From positions 1 through 28,194 of IMG/VR virus record IMGVR_UViG_3300006896_000005: a DNA stretch of 28,194 nucleotides. The stretch is one strand, 5' to 3'. Made by a program: the position numbers and the translations under genes. Each line of letters begins with the position of its first letter. Position 1 is the stretch's first letter. Origin of the DNA: a virus (taxonomy: Duplodnaviria > Caudoviricetes). Positions 24,289 through 28,194 of the stretch are shown here, in pieces. The notes below the pieces were generated by a model, which worked only from the letters and a program-made list of their open reading frames with translations, did no database searches and was not told where the DNA came from.

Positions 24289-24759
24289 TCATTTGGATGA
24301 TTCCCTTTTTGAATGATATATACATCTGCCATCACCGTTTGTATCGCGGCAAAACGGAAATTCCCAGTCTGATTTTCCTGTGTCCCAGTTTTTAATTTCC
24401 TTGGGTGGGTTTTTCTTGCATATTTGATTCCACCATACGGTATAAACGTAATCTGGATATTTAACCGCATGAAAGGCACAATCTGTGCATGACATCCGGC
24501 TAATTTCTTCTTCTTGACTTTTCTCTGGAAGAGGACTTTGCTCACATATAGATTTCTCCTTCTCCTCTGATGTGCCCTCCAGTTCCCTTACCCTTTCTTG
24601 CAATAGACTAAGATCTTTTCTTAACAGATCACGCTCCTCTTCCAGTTCTTCCAGCTCCCTGATTGATTGGTTAAGGCGATCTATATCTGATTCAAGACGC
24701 ATTCTTTTCACCATCACGTCTTCTAATTCTGACTTAAGCATATCAATTAACATGGTCAT
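24289..24759 (-). CDS. Coiled-coil protein with C-terminal Cys-rich domain
   Basis: Heptad-rich N-terminus; CTDC...C...C..N.DG.C..H; SD GGGGAGG. Confidence 0.7.
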   Translation of the reverse strand: MTMLIDMLKSELEDVMVKRMRLESDIDRLNQSIRELEELEEERDLLRKDLSLLQERVRELEGTSEEKEKSICEQSPLPEKSQEEEISRMSCTDCAFHAVKYPDYVYTVWWNQICKKNPPKEIKNWDTGKSDWEFPFCRDTNGDGRCIYHSKRESSK

Positions 24760-24880
24760 TCCTCCCCTTACAGCATCAGGCAGAGCAACAGGTAACTTAT
24801 CTCTAATATTACAAGCGAGATTGCAACCACAACAAACGTTGTCATGGCCAAGATGTTTAGTGGGTCTTTCATGTTATTCC

Positions 24881-25171
24881 TCACGCGCTCCTCTCATGCT
24901 CCATTACTGCCTCTCCAAGAAGCTCTTTATATTGACTCCTTGTCTCGACATCTAACCTGTGGCTATATTTATATAACCATCCCCTAAAAATTTCCCTTAA
25001 CAATTCCACCTCCTGCTCTGTATCTTGTATCCTATTAAGTGCAAATGTCAACCCATCAAGCACGCCTCTGTTGTACATCCAGCCCGCCTTGTCAATGTCG
25101 CCCATATTATTTCTTGTCTGGGCAATCTTAGCCAGAAGAGCCAAGGTTATGTCGTCGGCTGTTGCAACCAT
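24881..25171 (-). CDS. Hypothetical protein
   Basis: SD GGAGGCG; continuous with the operon. Confidence 0.6.
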   Translation of the reverse strand: MVATADDITLALLAKIAQTRNNMGDIDKAGWMYNRGVLDGLTFALNRIQDTEQEVELLREIFRGWLYKYSHRLDVETRSQYKELLGEAVMEHERSA

Positions 25172-25177
25172 GCCTGT

Positions 25178-25351
25178 TCACGCCTCCTTCCAAAAGCAGT
25201 CCTGCACATATTCACTCTCAACTCCAGCTTCCAAGAAGAGCCATAACGCCTCAACCCTTTCGCTGAATATCTCTCCGCTTCTTACAAGCTTGCGAATAAC
25301 TACCCGTACTGTCCTTCTTGCCTGTGCTGATGTTGCCTCCGTGAATGTCAT
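25178..25351 (-). CDS. 57-aa hypothetical protein (not in ORF track)
   Basis: Hand translation MTFTEATSAQARRTVRVVIRKLVRSGEIFSERVEALWLFLEAGVESEYVQDCFWKEA; SD AAGGAGGAG; fills the gap between neighbours. Confidence 0.6.
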   Translation of the reverse strand: MTFTEATSAQARRTVRVVIRKLVRSGEIFSERVEALWLFLEAGVESEYVQDCFWKEA

Positions 25352-25353
25352 GT

Positions 25354-25911
25354 CTACTCCTCCTTCGCCTTTTTCTTGTGTGATTTTTTTATATACGCCT
25401 TTATTATTTCATCGGCGTTTCGATCCAGCTCCTTTTGTTTACTCCAGCACCAGCTCCTAATAATGCTCCTCTCTGCTTCTTCCGCTAGCTCTAAGAGGAA
25501 AGCTTTGGTTTTTTCTTGAGCGCTCTGTACCGCCGTAAAATGTTGCAAGACATTGAATTCGCACGGCTCCTTAAAATCATCAAACAGGCTGTTGTAGAAA
25601 TCTTCTTTCCTTCTGCCCCATGCCTTATTTCTCATTGTTTCCGCCATTACCTTCTCTCGCGGAACCGAGGTCCTCGCCAACACCTCGTAGAACATTGCTT
25701 TAGCGGTAGGCGGATTCTTGAATTTGTATATTATCGTGTCTCCTTTATCTCGCGGGGTTCCTTTGCGGCGCAGAAACAAGCCGCCATACCGGTTCTGTAC
25801 CATCGTCACCTCCCGCATATCGCCTCTCTTTATCCCATCCATTGCACTTTCGCACAGCATTATGAATGAGTACCTATATTCACTGACCTTCTTTTCGTCT
25901 ATTTTCTTCAC
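25354..25911 (-). CDS. Hypothetical protein
   Basis: 185-aa ORF; SD AGGAGGAG before GTG. Confidence 0.7.
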   Translation of the reverse strand: MKKIDEKKVSEYRYSFIMLCESAMDGIKRGDMREVTMVQNRYGGLFLRRKGTPRDKGDTIIYKFKNPPTAKAMFYEVLARTSVPREKVMAETMRNKAWGRRKEDFYNSLFDDFKEPCEFNVLQHFTAVQSAQEKTKAFLLELAEEAERSIIRSWCWSKQKELDRNADEIIKAYIKKSHKKKAKEE

Positions 25912-25946
25912 ACTAACTCCTCCTACGCCTGTCTGGACATAAATTA

Positions 25947-25970
25947 AGGGAGCCGATTTCTCAGCTCCCT
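25947..25970 (-). terminator. Hairpin, possible terminator within the leftward block
   Basis: AGGGAGC / GCTCCCT 7-bp stem; minus-strand tail TAATTTAT. Confidence 0.4.
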
Positions 25971-26033
25971 GTGATAGTTTTTGGTGTGTCTATCTGTGCC
26001 ATCTTTGGCTATCTGCCAAGGGTATGGCGCCCC

Positions 26034-26129
26034 TTATCTGCGTATGCCGCCCTGTTTCAGTGCTCTTTTTGCCGCCCCGTCGATTAATCTTGTTATGTAA
26101 CGTCTCCAAGCTCTTTCCCTTGTGGTCAT
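26034..26129 (-). CDS. 31-aa Arg-rich peptide (not in ORF track)
   Basis: Hand translation MTTRERAWRRYITRLIDGAAKRALKQGGIRR; ATGA overlap with the DUF2958 stop. Confidence 0.4.
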   Translation of the reverse strand: MTTRERAWRRYITRLIDGAAKRALKQGGIRR

Positions 26130-26437
26130 TTCATCACGTCTCCCAGCGTCAGGTCTTTGGGCAGATGCAGATCTCTTTCGACACCAAGTCCAAACATCCC
26201 CCTGACTTCCTGAAGCTCACTCAGGCTGAAGTATCCGAACTCCCCTTCCTGTCCTTCTACGTAACCGAAGAACAGAAAATCGCCGTTCCCGCGCCTTTTA
26301 CCTTCAACCACATACCAGCTCCATGGAGTAATTGGAGCAAAAAACTTGCAGATCACCTTCTTCTGCTCTGCCGGGATATTCTCTGTGCTTCCTATTGCCG
26401 GGAGCTTTTTCTCTATTGCCTTGGTCATTAGCTTCAT
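26126..26437 (-). CDS. DUF2958 family protein
   Basis: KFFAP...WSWYVVE, FFGYVEG.E.EFGYFSLSEL, GLGVERDLH. Confidence 0.85.
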   Translation of the reverse strand: MKLMTKAIEKKLPAIGSTENIPAEQKKVICKFFAPITPWSWYVVEGKRRGNGDFLFFGYVEGQEGEFGYFSLSELQEVRGMFGLGVERDLHLPKDLTLGDVMK

Positions 26438-26471
26438 ACGACTTCCTCCTTTTATTGCTTACAATTTGTAA

Positions 26472-27071
26472 CTAGCAGGTGGCTTCCTTCATAAAAGCGC
26501 CGGGCGTCATGAATCTTGCCCAACTCATCTTCTTGAAGTCTCCAGCTGTCTTAATTCCAGCCTTTGAAAGCCTTGCTTTTATTTCCAGGCTTTCAGCATA
26601 TTCGCTGAACAGCTTGGAGATAAACAACCAGTCACCGTAGCTTGTCCGCTTGGATTCGAACCAGAAGAGCTTTTTGGTCACGTTATAGTGCCCAATTTTC
26701 ACGTAGCTGCCCTTATCAGACAGCTTGTAGAAAGTGTGGAAGCCGTCACTCTGATCGATTACGTAGTCTTTCTTTCCAAACTTAACTACCAACTCTTCCT
26801 GCTTCTTTGTAATTGCCAGCTGAACAGGGTTCAATTTAACTTCTTTGACCTCTTTCTTTGTTGACTTTTTGTTAGCTTTTTTCGGTGTTTCCATCTTCGT
26901 TACTTTCATCTGATTAACATTAACCATATTTGCCATAACTGCCGCCGTGATATTCTTTACAAGTTCTTCCATGCTGATATTTGCCATCTTTACCATTCCC
27001 TTCTCTGTCGTGGTCTTGTTGCTTGCCATTGTTTCACTCTTTGCGCCTGTTGCCTGCTTGTTGCCTGTCAT
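26472..27071 (-). CDS. Lys-rich hypothetical protein, first gene of the leftward block
   Basis: ATG 27071 after AAGGGGG (downstream ATG of MANISMEE also possible); the track extension to 27176 runs through an inverted repeat. Confidence 0.65.
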   Translation of the reverse strand: MTGNKQATGAKSETMASNKTTTEKGMVKMANISMEELVKNITAAVMANMVNVNQMKVTKMETPKKANKKSTKKEVKEVKLNPVQLAITKKQEELVVKFGKKDYVIDQSDGFHTFYKLSDKGSYVKIGHYNVTKKLFWFESKRTSYGDWLFISKLFSEYAESLEIKARLSKAGIKTAGDFKKMSWARFMTPGAFMKEATC

Positions 27072-27107
27072 GGTAATTCCCCCTTGAATTGTATTCAGAA
27101 AGATCCT

Positions 27108-27325
27108 TGTCTTTCTGTCTTTACTCAGTCGCTGTATGTCTTTTTGTCTCTCTACTGAGTAAAGATAGAAAGACATTCTGTCTCTCTATCGTCTATTTGT
27201 TATCTTATTTCCTGTCTTTCTGTTGATACAATAGAGCCCGTAACAGTCTTATTGCTGACTATCACGGGCTCTATGACACTTCTGTATTCTTTTTGTAAGT
27301 GTTCCTGTCAATGGCTTGCATTGAC
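27108..27325 (-). other. Structured 5' leader (three hairpins)
   Basis: 22-bp IR 27108-27129 / 27154-27175 (1 mismatch); 18-bp stem spanning 27231-27274; 7-bp stem 27307-27325. Confidence 0.6.
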
Positions 27326-27389
27326 GTCCTATTGGGTTGTCATGGTTCTGTGTCTGGTATTAGTTGTGCGCTGTTACCTGACATTTATA

Positions 27390-27417
27390 AGTATAAGGCT
27401 TAGAGGTCATATGTCAA
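27390..27417 (-). promoter_or_regulatory. Near-consensus sigma70-type promoter for the leftward block
   Basis: Minus strand TTGACA (27417-27412)-16 nt-TATACT (27395-27390). Confidence 0.75.
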
Positions 27418-28194
27418 GCCTAGCAGGTCATAATTACACCCAACAGGGTCAAAAAACATAGAAGAGGTTAAAGAATTGTGGGTATGGAATAGGTTGTTGA
27501 TATTAGTGACTTTATGAGCCTTCAGCCTTGCGGGTCCAAAAAAGAGGTGTTAGAATGATAAAGTCAAGGAATGTGAGAGTAAAAAACATAGTGGTAGTAA
27601 GGATTAGCAAAGATGGTTAGGAGATGGGGGGATATCTCACCTGTCATTGTCTATTTTGCACAAAAGATAGACGTTCATCTATATGACCAATTCCGCTAAT
27701 ACCAACAACAATTACCATCTGCCCCTTGAGCCCTTTTGTTCCGTTGACCAAAAACCTTGTGCAATATGCACAAACAATCACCCCATTCACACCGTACCAT
27801 CTATCGTTTCCTGTCGCAGTCTATTGTGGTTTTGCCTCTTCCTTGTACTTCAGTGCGCCCGCGTGCGCCCGTAGGCAATCGGGTATTTTTGCGTGGGAAA
27901 TCTTTGACCTGAGGGTGATAAAGTCCTATGGATTGATGGGCATGGCGACCCCCACCCCCTTAGTTTGGCACGGAGGAGGTAAGGGAACCCTTATGGGGAT
28001 GTTGATAGGCCCCTTATATATATACATACTTACAAAGAGTTCCTTAAGATCTTTAAGTATTTAAGCTTTTAGTCTTTTGATCTTTATCTTTTATCTTCTA
28101 GTACCTTAATACTAGCAATAGACTTATTGTATACTACTAGTATTACTACTTGGTACTTATATTATTATATATATATATAAATACTATATATGTA

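Larger units (their letters stand above)
1..28194. mobile_element. Temperate phage genome segment (integration, immunity, recombination/replication and accessory early regions)
   Basis: Integrase, CI-like repressor, YqaJ/RecT, DnaB, SSB, RusA, YopX and DUF2958 genes; densely packed short ORFs with overlapping start/stop codons; no host housekeeping genes. Confidence 0.95.

Noticed and set aside
27683-28064. Plus-strand ORFs 27683-27874 and 27726-28064
   Set aside because: No clear SD, atypical composition, overlapping each other in a low-complexity region, and no motifs

Overview
The whole window is part of a temperate phage genome, with no host genes and no structural or lysis module visible. 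It opens with an attP-like site: a tRNA 3'-end fragment flanked on both sides by GTAACACCA arm repeats, followed by a terminator. Next come a P4-type tyrosine integrase and a convergent CI-like repressor. A rightward early/replication operon follows: RHH, AlpA/Xis, XRE HTH, a lytic transglycosylase, YqaJ exonuclease, RecT, replication initiator with iterons, DnaB-like helicase, SSB, DUF3310, RusA, MazG-like NTP pyrophosphohydrolase and a sigma-region-4-like regulator. A ~15 kb leftward block of accessory genes is headed by a near-consensus sigma70 promoter at ~27.4 kb. Two things stand out. (1) recT is split by an 812-nt group I intron (IA2-like, 5843-6654) carrying a GIY-YIG homing endonuclease; splice sites and core helices can be read directly, and splicing restores FQLG-YKG-ML. 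(2) A compact module (17.8-23.1 kb) encodes two paralogous amidoligase (COOH-NH2 ligase) enzymes, each with ten N-terminal Cys-pair zinc-ribbon motifs, flanking a class II (Ntn) glutamine amidotransferase and a small NLTPH-motif protein. This is a candidate phage-encoded amidation/peptide-ligation system with an unknown target. Exact 19-22 bp repeats at gene boundaries suggest cassette shuffling in the accessory region. All protein calls come from motif recognition by eye; no searches were run.
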